A stretch of DNA of 32,000 nt from contig JBDHVY010000001.1 of the NCBI GenBank assembly GCA_039809905.1, positions 120,001 through 152,000 on the forward strand, in the 5' to 3' direction. This document shows, piece after piece, positions 1 to 9,250 of the stretch. Within the stretch, counting starts at the first letter, position 1. Every line of letters starts with the position of its first letter. The translations under genes were made by a program, and so were the position numbers. The DNA is from Candidatus Babelota bacterium (GTDB lineage Bacteria; Babelota; Babeliae; Babelales; Vermiphilaceae). The notes below the pieces were generated by a model. It saw nothing but the letters and a program-made list of their open reading frames with translations. It had not been told where the DNA came from and searched no databases.

Positions 1-337
1 AGAATCAAAAAAGAAAGTACATGCAACATTACAAGAAATTGGCGCTGATGAAAATTTGCTCGCTGACGCCCAAAAAAATGGCTTGTATGCTCTACTCAAT
101 AAAATTGATATTCATGAAGAAATTACTCGTCTGAATAGTCATTTAGAAAATTTCGTAACTATTTTGCAGCAATCTGATATGGAAAAAGGCAAACGCCTTG
201 ACTTTACCTTACAAGAATTAGGACGTGAAATTAATACGATTACGGCAAAATGCTCTGATTCAACAATTAGCACCCATGCGATTAACGTCAAAGTTGAAAT
301 TGAGAAAATGCGTGAGCAGATTCAGAATATTGTATAA
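1..337 (+). CDS. yicC: YicC-family protein, C-terminal part (5' end lies left of the window)
   Basis: Frame is open from the window edge (codons phased from nt 2) to TAA 335-337. The sequence ...IHEEITRLNSHLENF...GKRLDFTLQELGREINTITAKC...EIEKMREQIQNIV matches the conserved YicC/DUF1732 C-terminal signature as I recall it. Confidence 0.85.
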   Translation, partial: ESKKKVHATLQEIGADENLLADAQKNGLYALLNKIDIHEEITRLNSHLENFVTILQQSDMEKGKRLDFTLQELGREINTITAKCSDSTISTHAINVKVEIEKMREQIQNIV

Positions 338-404
338 GTTGCTCACGCATTTTTAGATCAAATATTAATTGCTAACCTTGATTGTTCAATCACTAAAAAT
401 ATTT

Positions 405-1217
405 TTAGTAAGAAAACCACCTTTGCCAAAAAGATTTTTTAGCTTCTTCTTGTCTGCGCGTTGCAGACTTTAAGTGCAGCTTTGGATATAATGCAGCATC
501 ATTTAATTCTTCTTTTATATTTTTCATACTTTCTTGAAAAAAACTGGCGGGCAATTTGCTTTGCTTAATAAAAGCAACTTTATCTAAAAGAGTTTCTATT
601 TTTTCTCTATAACTTTCAGCATCAAATGTAAGAATATCTCGTGGTTCATAGTCTTTAGGCTCCGAGAACAACCGTATCTCGTCTCCTAATTTCCTCAGCT
701 CTGACATGATAGAGTTTACCTTATCTGCTAATAATCCAAACAAGCATTTGTTTAAATCGATTTTAATAAGTAATTTATCGGCATAAATATAAACTTTTAC
801 TAGCTCTTCTAACGATGAATCAGTTATTTTTATATTGTTTTTGCATTTATTTATTATTTCAACAATTTTCTTAAATGTTTCAATATCCGACAGACCAATA
901 AGGGGATCCGCTGTATCCGCTAAAGCACTTCTTATAGCTTCACTCCAGTCAACATCGTCCTGAGAAAAAATTTGACCGTGCTCGATGTTATTTATTTCAT
1001 AAATATAAACTTGATTTTCCTTTAATTCTGATCGAATTTTATTTTTTTTATAGTTAAGTATCGCACTTGATCTCTTGCTTAAATCCATACGAGACATGGG
1101 TCTTTGCAGTCTAGGAACCGTACTCATTCCATAAATATCGCAGGTAATACACATCATCAAGAATAATACCTTTATAGATATGACAACCTTATTTTTATTG
1201 TAATTATTCATTTTCAT
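405..1217 (-). CDS. Hypothetical secreted protein (no recognisable domain)
   Basis: 270-codon ORF with an ATG start preceded by AGGGA. N-terminus is K-rich then hydrophobic (VVISIKVLFLMMCITCDIYG), which is signal-peptide-like. It lies between the two yicC 3' copies. Confidence 0.6.
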   Translation of the reverse strand: MKMNNYNKNKVVISIKVLFLMMCITCDIYGMSTVPRLQRPMSRMDLSKRSSAILNYKKNKIRSELKENQVYIYEINNIEHGQIFSQDDVDWSEAIRSALADTADPLIGLSDIETFKKIVEIINKCKNNIKITDSSLEELVKVYIYADKLLIKIDLNKCLFGLLADKVNSIMSELRKLGDEIRLFSEPKDYEPRDILTFDAESYREKIETLLDKVAFIKQSKLPASFFQESMKNIKEELNDAALYPKLHLKSATRRQEEAKKSFWQRWFSY

Positions 1218-1341
1218 ACAAAATCCCTACTTTTTATCGACATTATTAAATTTTATTAATATCACTAATACTATATCATTGTTTATTTTATATTTGCAAC
1301 AATTAACCTAAGGGCACTATTGATATAATATCAATAAAGAA

Positions 1342-1699
1342 ATGGTTATCATTGCTGAAAGAGCTCATGTATTTGTTGAAGAATCAAAAAAGAAAGTACA
1401 TGCAACATTACAAGAAATTGGCGCGGATGAAAATTTGCTCGCGCATTTACTCCATGCTCAATAAAATTGATATTCATGAAGAAATTACTCGTCTGAATAG
1501 TCATTTAGAAAATTTCGTAACTATTTTGCAGTAATCTGATATGGAAAAAGGCAAACGCCTTGACTTTACCTTGCAAGAATTAGGGCGTGAAATTAATACT
1601 ATTACGGCAAAATGCTCGGATTCAACCATTAGTTCTCATGCAATCAATGTTAAAGTTGAGATCGAGAAAATGCGCGAGCAAATTCAAAACATTGTATAA
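1342..1699 (+). pseudogene. Decayed second copy of the yicC 3' end
   Basis: nt 1380-1699 align base-for-base with nt 1-337. A 35-nt block in copy 1 is replaced by 18 nt in copy 2, giving a frameshift. CAA (170-172) is TAA in copy 2 (1532-1534). The 5' boundary is uncertain because copy 1 is cut by the window edge. Confidence 0.85.
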
Positions 1700-1719
1700 T
1701 TCTATTCGTTTCTGTAAAT

Positions 1720-1832
1720 GGGGACCTCTTCCTTCGACCCGTCCTTCGCCAAGGCTTCGAAGGGCAAGCAAGCGTTTACTACTGAGCATGGTCGAAGTAT
1801 CAGGACGAGTGGGAATTTACGGAGTTGGGGTA
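1720..1832. repeat. GC-rich hairpin-forming island (element A of a three-member family)
   Basis: Sharp GC-rich island in AT-rich intergenic DNA. CTTCGACC (1732-1739) is complementary to GGTCGAAG (1790-1797). There is also an inner CCTTCG...CGAAGG pair. It shares the TCCTTCGAC core with the element at 9629-9718. Confidence 0.5.
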
Positions 1833-1960
1833 AAGCACATTCAAAATATTATCTAAAATTCCTTTTTCTTTCAGCATAATCAGACTATTCAACCTCATTG
1901 ACCTATGAACAAAAAAACCTTATTCTTTTTGTATACCCTGTTACATAATTAAAGGATATC

Positions 1961-3736
1961 ATGAAGTTTTTTTCAACTATTAGCTCATTACCAGTTATTT
2001 ATCTCCTTATCTCAACAACCCCATTTTACGGTGAAATTAACCGAGATTTGGATCTTGATGCCGTATTTACTGCTATTAACTATACCCGTAGCAACCAGGG
2101 CGAGCGTGTCCTGCGCGCACTTCTTGCACGCCCAGTAGCAGACCTCAAGCTGCTTGAAGGACGACAAACGATCATTTCTCATATTGCTGATAATAAAGCT
2201 CTTAACAATAAGCTCACAGCGTTATTAAAGGCTTTTGCTCAACAAGAAAATAATTTTGAACGAATGCTGCAATCCGCAAGCGATGTTGAAAATGTAGCAC
2301 TCAGTGAATTTTACTTTTCAAATTCCTACTTACGCGAGTGGAATTATAGTCCACGGCATCTTGAATTGGGTTATGCTGCCCATCTTGGCAACTTATGCAG
2401 CTCAATGGTGCAACATGCTCTTGCTTTTGCAATCTTCACCTGGGGACTTGATGAAGAACATGTATGCCCAAGCCATCCCGCAAAAAATCATGGCGGCAAA
2501 CACAAAAAACATTCTCATAAACATAAACATGATCATGCTCACCATGATGGATGCACTCATGATCATTCCCATGATAATGCATTGATAAGCAGCATAAAAG
2601 CTTTGGCTAAATCAAAAGAATTTAAATACGGATTTCAGCTATGGCATGGAATTGCGCAAATACAAGAATTATATAGCATCCAAGCAATAGTTCGAAATGA
2701 TATACAATGCTTTAAAAAATTACAAACACAACTAATGGGCATTGCACGCGGTCTGCGCATTATGAATCAAATCCATATAACAGTTAAAAATCATCCAGAA
2801 ATTACCAGCAATTTAGTTCACTATCAAGATCTTGAAAATATATTTACCTCAAACAACATTTCAGAAAAACTCACCCTTTTATTGAACCTGCTCAATAGCG
2901 CTACCTTTAAAGGTCAACCTTCCGTATTTTCACGTATAGGAATTATTTTAGCTGCTTACAAACTTATACAAGAAATTGGCCATGAACTACAACCGGCACT
3001 TACTGCTGTTGGAGAAATTGATGCCTATGTCAGCTGTACTGAATTAATCAAAAAACATCAATCAGGATCTTTGTCCTATAGCTTTGCCCAGTATCTAACA
3101 GATTCAAACACTCCGCAGCTTATTGCCCATAATTTCTGGCATCCATTATCAACAGCAGAATCAATAGAATTAAATAGTATTGATTTAGGCTATGATAACC
3201 ACCCACGCAATATCATTGTTACCGGACAAAATGCTTCAGGAAAATCAACAAGCTTAAAGGCTATTACACTATGCGCATATCTTGCACAAACACTCACTAT
3301 TGTACCAGCACAGAAATATAGTCACAGCATATATAAAGAAATATATTCTTCTATTGTAGTGACTGATAATATATCTGAAAATATGTCTTTATTTGTTGCT
3401 GAATTGCACAATGCGCAAGAGCTATTAACTCGCATCGAAAACCTACAGGAAGCTGAATATATGCTCGTTGTACTTGATGAGCTCTTTAAAAGCACCTCTC
3501 ATGAAAAAGGAAAAGACGTTGCATATAGATTGCTACAGCATTTATACTCATCAAAAAATGTGATAACACTCGTTTCAACACATTTTGATAATTTAGCTGT
3601 TTTAGCAGACACACCTGAAAACAACTGTATCAATTATACTTTACATAATTTTAAACTTATTCCTGGCATTGGTTCACATGATGAAAATGCTTTTGACGCA
3701 ATAAAAAAACAAACAAAAAGTCGCTTGCTGATTTAA
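1961..3736 (+). CDS. MutS-family ATPase (core plus ATPase domains only; no mismatch-binding or Smr domain) with N-terminal leader and His-rich insert
   Basis: ATG with AAAGGA RBS. Walker A is GQNASGKST, Walker B is MLVVLDELFKSTS, and STHF is present. The N-terminal region GERVLRALLARPVADLKLLEGRQTII resembles the start of the MutS core domain. Leader is SSLPVIYLLISTTPFYG. His/Lys-rich tract HPAKNHGGKHKKHSHKHKHDHAHHDGCTHDHSHD is encoded at about nt 2474-2578. Confidence 0.8.
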   Translation: MKFFSTISSLPVIYLLISTTPFYGEINRDLDLDAVFTAINYTRSNQGERVLRALLARPVADLKLLEGRQTIISHIADNKALNNKLTALLKAFAQQENNFERMLQSASDVENVALSEFYFSNSYLREWNYSPRHLELGYAAHLGNLCSSMVQHALAFAIFTWGLDEEHVCPSHPAKNHGGKHKKHSHKHKHDHAHHDGCTHDHSHDNALISSIKALAKSKEFKYGFQLWHGIAQIQELYSIQAIVRNDIQCFKKLQTQLMGIARGLRIMNQIHITVKNHPEITSNLVHYQDLENIFTSNNISEKLTLLLNLLNSATFKGQPSVFSRIGIILAAYKLIQEIGHELQPALTAVGEIDAYVSCTELIKKHQSGSLSYSFAQYLTDSNTPQLIAHNFWHPLSTAESIELNSIDLGYDNHPRNIIVTGQNASGKSTSLKAITLCAYLAQTLTIVPAQKYSHSIYKEIYSSIVVTDNISENMSLFVAELHNAQELLTRIENLQEAEYMLVVLDELFKSTSHEKGKDVAYRLLQHLYSSKNVITLVSTHFDNLAVLADTPENNCINYTLHNFKLIPGIGSHDENAFDAIKKQTKSRLLI

Positions 3737-3759
3737 GCAAGCGACTTACATAATTTTTT
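3719..3759 (+). terminator. Putative intrinsic terminator overlapping the stop codon of the MutS-like gene
   Basis: 10-bp perfect stem AGTCGCTTGC (3719-3728) / GCAAGCGACT (3737-3746), 8-nt loop containing the TAA. A T-run (3754-3759) follows after a 7-nt gap, which is not ideal spacing. Confidence 0.4.
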
Positions 3760-3872
3760 CTAAAAAAGACCTTTTTGACCTTTTTTGTAAACAATTCTCA
3801 ACATTTTTCAAAATATCCCCTATTCTTATACACATTATCACATAAGATACTTATTGGGGACAATCAAAAAAT

Positions 3873-6800
3873 ATGTCGCAACATTTTACTCACTTACATC
3901 TTCATTCTGAATATTCATTGCTAGATGGAGCGATATCGCTTGATAAACTTATAGCATTTGGTAAAGAAAACAATTATAAAGCCCTTGCCATAACTGATCA
4001 TGGTAATATTTTTGGTGCAGTAAAATTTTTCCAAAAATGCAAAAAGGCTGGAATAAAGCCCATTTTAGGAATGGAAGCATATTTTACCGAAGATGCAAAA
4101 GTAAAAAACGCTGATAACAAGTATTATCATTTGATTATTTTGGTGCAAAATGCAACCGGATACAAAAATCTTTGCAAACTTATTTCATATTCTTATCAAG
4201 AAGGTTTTTATTTTAAACCGAGAGTTGATTACAACATCCTTGAAAAATATTCTGAGGGCCTTATCGTAACAAGCGCATGCCTTGGTGGACATATTCCTAA
4301 ATTATTAATGTCTAACAATCTTAAAGAAGCTAACGAGCGCGTTGAGTGGTTTTTGCGCGTATTTGGACGTGATCGTTTTTTTCTTGAAGTTCAGCCTGAA
4401 GACCAAGAAGAACAAAAAATATTAAATCAAAAGCTCTATACACTATCAGCAGAAAAAAATATTAAACTCGTTGCCGCGGGTGATTGCCATTATGTTTCAC
4501 TGCATGACCATGAAGCTCACGAAATTATGCTCTCCATCCAAACACAAAACAAAATTGATGATCCTGGTCGATTTTCGTTTGGTGATTGCCGCGCATATAT
4601 GCGGACTACCGATGAGATGCTCGCAGAATTTAAAGGACATGAAGAAGCAGTATGGAATGCGGGTCTTATTGCCGATATGTGTAATTTTGATTTTGAAACA
4701 GATAAACTCTTTTTCCCACAATTTATTATCCCGCAAGATCATACACAAGAAACATATTTTGCCCATCTATGCCGTATTGGTTTACAACGATTGAAAGATG
4801 AGCAATTAATCGAAAAATCACAGTGGCAAACATACGATGCACGCCTTGAACTAGAAGTTGATTTGATTACGCGCATGGGATTTGTCGGCTACTTTTTAGT
4901 AGTGAGTGATTTTATTCAATGGGCCTATCGGCAAGGTATTCCTGTTGGGCCTGGGCGTGGTTCTGCAGCAGGATCACTTGTTGCATGGGCATTACAAATT
5001 ACCAATATTGATCCGTTAAAGTACAATCTTCTTTTTGAACGTTTTTTGAATCCTGAACGTATAAGCATGCCTGATATCGATATCGATTTTTGCATTGAAG
5101 GTCGTGATAAAGTTATTAATTACGTACGTGATAAGTACGGTCACGATAAAGTATGCAGTATTATCACCTTTGGTACTATGATGGCAAAAGGTGTAATTAA
5201 AGATGTTGCACGTGTACTTGGTGTTCCTTTTGAAGATTCAAATGCATTAACAAACCTTATTCCAGAACAACTTAAAATTACTCTCAGTGAAGCAATTGAA
5301 CAAGAGCCACGACTACAAGAATTGATTGATAATAATCCACGAATAAAACATGTGTTTGATATTGCTTTCAGATTAGAAGGCCTTACACGCCATGCATCAA
5401 AACATGCTGCCGGCATTGTGATTTCACCAGAACCAGTTGATGAAGTACTTCCTGTATATATTCCGCCCAAATCAAATGAATTAGTAGCTCAATACGCAAT
5501 GACAGAGCTGGAAAGTATTGGCTTTTTAAAAATTGATTTTTTGGGTCTTAAAAATCTTACGCTGATAGACCGCGTACTGCAACTGGTAAAAAATATTCAT
5601 AACGTTTCTTTAGATATGAATAAACTCCCTCTTGATGATCCAAAAACATTTGAACTTATTTGCAATGGCTTAACATCTGGCGTATTCCAGCTTGAATCAA
5701 GCGGACTAAAAGAGGTATTACGTAAATTAAAACCAGATAAATTTGAAGATATTATTGCCGTCAACGCACTCTATCGACCAGGACCTCTTGGATCTGGCAT
5801 GGTTGATGATTTTATTGAACGCAGACATGGCAGACAACAAATTAAATATCTATTTCCTGAATTGGAACCGATTTTAGCTGAAACATTTGGCGTCATTGTC
5901 TATCAAGAGCAGGTAATGAAAATTGCTTCTGCAATCGGCGGATACTCTTTAGGAGAAGCAGATATTTTACGCCGCGCAATGGGTAAGAAAAAAGCAGAAG
6001 TTATGGCAGAACAAAGTGCCATATTTGTTGAAAAATCATCTGCTCGTGGATTTGATGGCAAAAAAGCACAAGAATTATTTGATCTTTTGGCCTACTTTGC
6101 TGGCTATGGTTTCAATAAATCACATTCAGCAGCATATGCATTAATTGCCTATCAAACAGCGTACCTTAAAGCAAATTATTTACCGGAATTTTTAGCATGT
6201 CTTATTTCTCTTGAAGCAACACACCCAGAAAAAATGTCATTTTATCTGCAAGAAGCAAAAGATCTGGGAATTATGCTATTACCTCCGGATATTAATCGCT
6301 CAGATATCCATTTTTCCGTTGTAGATGGTAATATTTTATTTGGTCTACAAGGAATTAAAAACGTTGGTCTTGCAGCATTAGAAAATATTATTGAAGAACG
6401 AAGCAAAAAAGGTATTTTTAAAGATCTGCTCGATTTTTGTAAACGAGTAGATTTACGCACAGCAAATAAACGTGTTATTGAAAGTCTTATTTGCGCAGGA
6501 GCATTTGATACATTACCGGGAAACCGTGCTCAAAAATATCATGAAGTTGAGCATTTAATTGATCTTGCGACTGCACATAAAAAAAATGCCCTTACTGGGC
6601 AGATGGATCTTTTTTCACTCAATAAAAAAAATAGCCAAGGCGATGATTTTTATTCCTTTGAGCTTCGATCAGAATGGACAGACAAAGAAAAACTAGAAAA
6701 AGAACGTGATGCAATAGGCTTTTATATTAGTTCTCATCCTATTGAAACATATAGAAAACAGCTTGGATGGTTTACTATAGAATCATTTGAAACAGCATTA

Positions 6801-7313
6801 GAAAAAGCACAAACAACAAAAGGCGAATATTCAACTATTGGCTGCGGATTATTGAAAACACGCAAAGATATTGTGACTAAAAAAGGCGATCGTATGGCAT
6901 TCTTACAATTTGAAGATATGTCAGGATCTGCTGAAGTTATCGCATTTCCTAAAACATTTGCACGCGCAGAAAAATGGCTAGGCTCTCATAATGTTTTTAT
7001 CATTAAAGGAATTGTTGATGTTGTTGAAGGAAATCCTTGCAAAATAAAAGCTCAAGACATTGTTCCCGTAGAATTGGTTCTCAGCGAGTGGCCACATATT
7101 GAACACATTACCCTAACATTGCCTGATTCGATAACAGAAGAAGTTATTGTTACTGTTAAAGAAAACATAGCCAAGGGCACTGCACCTTTATCGATTATTT
7201 TTTATGAAAATCAAAAAAAATTGCGCCTGAGGGTAAAAGATAGAGTTCTTCTTAATACCGAAAGCGCACAATTATTAGAACAACAAGATATAAAAATAGA
7301 ATGTTGTTTATAA
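3873..7313 (+). CDS. dnaE: DNA polymerase III alpha subunit
   Basis: 1146 aa. N-terminal PHP motif HLHLHSEYSLLDGA, then GFVGYFLVVSDFIQWA, PGRGSAAGSLVAWAL.ITNIDP, MPDIDIDF, RHASKHAAGIVIS, LYRPGP and GYGFNKSHSAAYA. Colinear with DnaE throughout. Confidence 0.97.
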   Translation: MSQHFTHLHLHSEYSLLDGAISLDKLIAFGKENNYKALAITDHGNIFGAVKFFQKCKKAGIKPILGMEAYFTEDAKVKNADNKYYHLIILVQNATGYKNLCKLISYSYQEGFYFKPRVDYNILEKYSEGLIVTSACLGGHIPKLLMSNNLKEANERVEWFLRVFGRDRFFLEVQPEDQEEQKILNQKLYTLSAEKNIKLVAAGDCHYVSLHDHEAHEIMLSIQTQNKIDDPGRFSFGDCRAYMRTTDEMLAEFKGHEEAVWNAGLIADMCNFDFETDKLFFPQFIIPQDHTQETYFAHLCRIGLQRLKDEQLIEKSQWQTYDARLELEVDLITRMGFVGYFLVVSDFIQWAYRQGIPVGPGRGSAAGSLVAWALQITNIDPLKYNLLFERFLNPERISMPDIDIDFCIEGRDKVINYVRDKYGHDKVCSIITFGTMMAKGVIKDVARVLGVPFEDSNALTNLIPEQLKITLSEAIEQEPRLQELIDNNPRIKHVFDIAFRLEGLTRHASKHAAGIVISPEPVDEVLPVYIPPKSNELVAQYAMTELESIGFLKIDFLGLKNLTLIDRVLQLVKNIHNVSLDMNKLPLDDPKTFELICNGLTSGVFQLESSGLKEVLRKLKPDKFEDIIAVNALYRPGPLGSGMVDDFIERRHGRQQIKYLFPELEPILAETFGVIVYQEQVMKIASAIGGYSLGEADILRRAMGKKKAEVMAEQSAIFVEKSSARGFDGKKAQELFDLLAYFAGYGFNKSHSAAYALIAYQTAYLKANYLPEFLACLISLEATHPEKMSFYLQEAKDLGIMLLPPDINRSDIHFSVVDGNILFGLQGIKNVGLAALENIIEERSKKGIFKDLLDFCKRVDLRTANKRVIESLICAGAFDTLPGNRAQKYHEVEHLIDLATAHKKNALTGQMDLFSLNKKNSQGDDFYSFELRSEWTDKEKLEKERDAIGFYISSHPIETYRKQLGWFTIESFETALEKAQTTKGEYSTIGCGLLKTRKDIVTKKGDRMAFLQFEDMSGSAEVIAFPKTFARAEKWLGSHNVFIIKGIVDVVEGNPCKIKAQDIVPVELVLSEWPHIEHITLTLPDSITEEVIVTVKENIAKGTAPLSIIFYENQKKLRLRVKDRVLLNTESAQLLEQQDIKIECCL

Positions 7314-7322
7314 AAATTAAGT

Positions 7323-8651
7323 CTATTGGCTCAATACACCTAATTTTTCATAAACATTATTTATAAAACCATCTCTTCTGCAGATAATCTTCTGTTTTTG
7401 TATTTCAAATGATTCTAAACAAGTACCACATTCATATGATAGAGCTTCGGTGACATCTAACTTACTCATTTGACAAGCTAATGCCTTTATTTTTGGCAAA
7501 TTATTATAATTTTTATCATTCAAATAACGATCTACATAAGATTTTTTGGCTAATAATGTTTTATAATCACTATCATATTTTTTAATTAAATAGTCTGCAA
7601 AAAATGAATTTATTTTTTTAGGACTATTATCAGCGGACATTCTGATTTTATAAAGAAGTTCTTTCCTTTTAACATCTTCAAACATTTCTTTAAGATCAGA
7701 TTGATTCATGTTTTCGGTTAGGCAAGCAAGTTGATCAGAAAAATTACATGTATCAGATCCTAAATTTTTAGATTGAGACCATAGATGATTTATAATCTTT
7801 TTACGCATATCTTGATCAGGATAGCCAATAGTTATATGTTCACCAAACCTACCAGAACGCTTCAATGCCGTATCAAGATTTTCAAAATTATTAGTCGCTG
7901 CAATCACTACCACATCACAATCTTTAGGCGTATTTAATCCATCCATTTCAGTCAAGAATTGAGTAATGATCTCCTTGCCAACACTATCCTCAGAATTACG
8001 AGATGGAAAGCAATCAATCTCATCAATAAAAATAATCGATATCCCTCTCCTTTGTATTTTTTTACCATATTCTATTGCTTGATTTCTTGCTTGCTCAAAG
8101 AGTTCCCGAATCATGGCTTTTGACTCTCCAAAATACTTTTGAGAAAACTCAGAACCCACACAAGAAATGAAAGGAATGCCTAATTCACCCGCAATAGCCT
8201 TGGCAAGAAACGTCTTACCTGTTCCAGGATCACCTAAAAAGAGAAGACCTCGTGGTAAAGAAGTGCTTAATGCTTGATCACAATGCTTGACCAACTCAAC
8301 AAAATCTATCGCTTCTTGAGGAACCCCAACATAATCGGTAAATCTTGTTTCATTATCATCAGGATTGAGTACGATAAAACTATGCGTAGTTGTAATAGCA
8401 CGTTTATACAAGATAAGGGCTACTGTCATTAACGCACCAACCGTAAAGATAGTAGCACAGCTCCTTACCAATTCTTTTACTATGAGATCTTTATAATTCA
8501 ACTCATAGGAAACATCTAAATCAGAGCAATGCGATAGAGAATAATTCATCAATAAAAAGCACAAGATAAATGACTTTAATTTCTTTTTTGTTATCAGAAG
8601 CATCTGTATTCTCGCATATAAAAATATAAAAAATGTTTTTTTATTATACAT
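7323..8651 (-). CDS. Membrane-anchored FtsH-like AAA+ ATPase lacking the M41 protease domain
   Basis: Walker A GDPGTGKTFLAKAIA, Walker B IIFIDEIDC, second region of homology AATNNFENLDTALKRSGRFGEHI. No HEXXH anywhere. The roughly 100 aa after the AAA lid are unrecognisable. Hydrophobic segments lie near the N-terminus. The start is uncertain: the longest ORF begins with TTG at 8660, and ATGs occur at 8651 and 8603. Confidence 0.85.
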   Translation of the reverse strand: MYNKKTFFIFLYARIQMLLITKKKLKSFILCFLLMNYSLSHCSDLDVSYELNYKDLIVKELVRSCATIFTVGALMTVALILYKRAITTTHSFIVLNPDDNETRFTDYVGVPQEAIDFVELVKHCDQALSTSLPRGLLFLGDPGTGKTFLAKAIAGELGIPFISCVGSEFSQKYFGESKAMIRELFEQARNQAIEYGKKIQRRGISIIFIDEIDCFPSRNSEDSVGKEIITQFLTEMDGLNTPKDCDVVVIAATNNFENLDTALKRSGRFGEHITIGYPDQDMRKKIINHLWSQSKNLGSDTCNFSDQLACLTENMNQSDLKEMFEDVKRKELLYKIRMSADNSPKKINSFFADYLIKKYDSDYKTLLAKKSYVDRYLNDKNYNNLPKIKALACQMSKLDVTEALSYECGTCLESFEIQKQKIICRRDGFINNVYEKLGVLSQ

Positions 8652-8683
8652 TAAAAACAATTTTTATATAGCAAGAAACAGAC

Positions 8684-9169
8684 TTATTTCTCTTTTATAT
8701 ACATTACTGCATAGTCATAGAGTTCGGTAGAATATCCGTGCAACGAAGATAAAAATTCTTGGACATGATGATCTTCACTACTCAGAATCAAAATATCAAT
8801 TACCTTTTTGATATGTTCATGCATTCTTGAGACATTGCCCAACACGTAGTGCAATTTTATTGCTTCACGCCGCAAAGCTATATCAACAGAATTCATTATA
8901 ATTAGGTGTTCGCATATAGCGACGGCTTCAAGATATCGTTGTGACTTTTGATATAATTCCATGGCTTGTACATAAAGCTGAATTGCCAATTCTTGTTCGT
9001 TAAAAGAAAAATAAATATCAGCTTCAAGTTGCCGTGCTACAGCAGGATCATTAAATGAATGGGAAAGAAGACGATACACACCCAAAGCACGCTCTTTTTC
9101 TCCACGAGACACACAATCAGCAATTTTAAACCATGCTATTGTGTGCTTATCACATTGGGTCTGCTTCAT
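8684..9169 (-). CDS. Hypothetical all-helical (TPR-like?) protein, probably co-transcribed with the AAA ATPase
   Basis: 161-codon ORF, ATG preceded by AAAGGG. Helix-pair-like sequence (ELAIQLYVQAMELYQKSQRYLEAVAICEHL). Ends about 23 nt upstream of the AAA ORF on the same strand. Confidence 0.5.
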   Translation of the reverse strand: MKQTQCDKHTIAWFKIADCVSRGEKERALGVYRLLSHSFNDPAVARQLEADIYFSFNEQELAIQLYVQAMELYQKSQRYLEAVAICEHLIIMNSVDIALRREAIKLHYVLGNVSRMHEHIKKVIDILILSSEDHHVQEFLSSLHGYSTELYDYAVMYIKEK

Positions 9170-9250
9170 AAGGCCCTTTCAACATTCTCAACAAAAATTT
9201 CATCTCTTTTTTTACTACTCTAGTACAATCGAAAGAAAAATGAAAATGTC

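Noticed and set aside
1352-1534. 60-codon ORF starting with TTG
   Set aside because: It is the frameshifted 5' part of the decayed yicC copy and ends at the CAA-to-TAA mutation. It is a pseudogene fragment, not an independent gene.
1587-1856. 89-codon plus-strand ORF
   Set aside because: Its first half is an out-of-frame reading of the yicC pseudogene copy. Its second half runs through the GC-rich hairpin island, giving Arg/Pro/Ser-rich sequence typical of GC-rich noncoding DNA in an AT-rich genome. There is no RBS.
2304-2585. 93-codon alternative-frame ORF inside the MutS-like gene
   Set aside because: It lies fully within a well-supported CDS in another frame. It arises from the repetitive CAT/AAA-rich His/Lys tract.
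4471-6460. Four ORFs (4471-4794 +, 4497-4766 -, 5141-5470 -, 6242-6460 -) nested in dnaE
   Set aside because: All are embedded in the continuous, motif-rich dnaE frame. None has a recognisable product or RBS.
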